Source: Camelus ferus (Eukaryota). Taken from it: a DNA stretch of 64,000 nucleotides. The notes below the pieces were generated by a model that had not been told where the DNA came from, did no database searches, and saw nothing but the letters and a program-made list of their open reading frames with translations. This document shows, piece after piece, positions 62,550 to 64,000 of this stretch. Numbering within the stretch: the stretch's first letter is position 1; every line of letters starts with the position of its first letter. Where the stretch lies: positions 3,846,001 through 3,910,000 of the forward strand of contig NC_045698.1 of NCBI RefSeq assembly GCF_009834535.1, given 5' to 3'. Position numbers and translations under genes: made by a program.

Positions 62550-63904
62550 GCACACACGGATGAAGGCTTAGTGGAGCTTAGTTGTTACTCCGGCGTACCC
62601 GTTACGCTTGGGTAGAGATTAGTTTAAGAGCTGGGCCCTATTAGAATGTGCTGACATGGACAAATCCTCTTGACAATGGTCCATGGGCCCCAGGCATTTC
62701 ACCGTCACACCAGTGCCAGCCTTCCTGTCCTTCAGGTGTGGACAGGAAAATGGGGATGTGGTCACAGCGTCCTGCCCGTCTTGGGCAGTTAGGAATGGAT
62801 CTCACCGAGGCTCGAATCATGCATCTTGAAGTGCGAGATGAAGATGATCTCAAGGCACTTACTGAGGCAACAGCTATTCTGTGTGGACTTCTCTGCACAA
62901 AGTTGTAATTCATCTATTTTATAGTCTTTACAGTTTCATAGCATAGTTTAGAAGAACGTAGGCTCTTTTATAGTAAAGTGCCAGCATGTTTCCATCTCAG
63001 GAGCATTGAAATCCATGTGCAAGAACCAAATAGACATTACTTCCTAATTAGGCAGGATTCCAGGTGTCCCATGTCCGACTTCCTCACGTGCTCTTTAAAG
63101 AGACTGGGGTCAACTAGGGGTCTAGTCTCTCCTAATGTCTTAGCTGTGATGGCACAAGGCACAATTTGCTCCGGGGTGGGAGGTGTGAGGACGGCCAATG
63201 ACCTCTTCGCTCGTCTTCTGTGATTACATCTGAGGAGTGTCTGGGATTTTTTTCCCTACAGGTGAAGGATGGAGGAGCATTTTGATAGCCCATCTCCTGT
63301 ACTGTTGGGTTTGTTTTCTTCTCCAAGGATGTAACTCAGCTGTAACAAGATGCAGAAGTGAGGCAAACAATATTTTCTGCACCAGAATTCACTTTCCAAG
63401 AAACTTCCTAAAATATAATTGTTTAAATGAGATGCTCTTTTACATTAACTGCAAGTTTTCACTATCATGTCAATCGGATCAGTCCTCAAAGCTGGAGCGG
63501 GGAGTCCCACTGCCCAGGGAGGCAGGTGGTCCTCCTGACAGAGGACCTCCTTCTATAGGTAAGGTCTGCCCTGCGTTCTGTTGCCTGTTCCCGCCGTGGG
63601 GGCAAATGTGCTATCTGTCCTGGAAGGAGTCTTGCTGGGAAAGCAGGCTCCCACTCACTGATCCTCACACAGGGGTGACTCTGACAGCACCCCGTTTGTT
63701 CCCAGAGCCAGGTGCCATGTGGTTTTATGACAGCAAGGTCCCCTTGTGTAAGATGAATAAGAATATACGTTCTGATCATAACATGTCTTCAAACTGCAAA
63801 AGTTCTTTGAATGGAAGAATTCACCCATGCTCAAAAAATCATAGACTTTCCCTACTTGGTTCTTATCTCTTAGTTCAAACTGGGAGGTTTAAAAAAATCC
63901 CTTT

Positions 63905-64000
63905 AAAAAAACCATATGATATCACTTATATGGGAAATCTAAAAGAAAAAAAAAAAGACACAAATGAACTTATTTGCAAAACAGAAACAGACCCACAGAC
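63905..64000 (+). mobile_element. Artiodactyl L1 ORF2-end/3' UTR fragment, cut by the window edge
   Basis: accatatgatatcacttatatgggaaatctaaaa...gacacaaatgaacttatttgcaaaacagaaacagacccacagac. Confidence 0.8.

Noticed and set aside
1..64000. CRISPR array, operon-like or prokaryotic defence system
   Set aside because: No regularly spaced direct repeats and no gene-dense coding; the sequence is mammalian repeat-rich DNA.
1..64000. L1 strand bias implying a host intron on the minus strand
   Set aside because: Roughly 10 plus versus 5-6 minus L1 pieces is too weak to separate intronic from intergenic location.

Overview
Mammalian, almost certainly camelid (camel/alpaca/llama), non-coding genomic DNA. 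The assignment rests on a Vic-1-type tRNA-Ala-derived SINE at ~4512-4643 and several short L1 3' ends of a camelid-type family, two with perfect target-site duplications (TSDs). I found no credible host protein-coding exon, RNA gene or CRISPR array. The only ORF-track peptides I recognise are decayed L1 ORF2 (56.8-58.7 kb) and ERV-L integrase (44.4 kb). The window is a mosaic of interspersed repeats (L1M families, L2, MIR, MaLR/MLT LTRs, ERV-L and ERV1 relics, hAT DNA transposons) between unique stretches, one of which (30.1-31.1 kb) looks regulatory. I see no new multi-gene system. The most interesting signals are transposon structures: (1) a MER96B-like hAT element that still carries a transposase C-terminal remnant; (2) young L1 copies repeatedly truncated just 3' of a G-quadruplex-forming tract; (3) two twin-priming L1 inversions, one of 1.6 kb and one of ~11 nt; (4) an L1MA9-like element that keeps both termini but joins the ORF1 start directly to mid-ORF2. 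Repeat family names come from my recollection of consensus sequences and need RepeatMasker/Dfam confirmation. Boundaries without a TSD are approximate.
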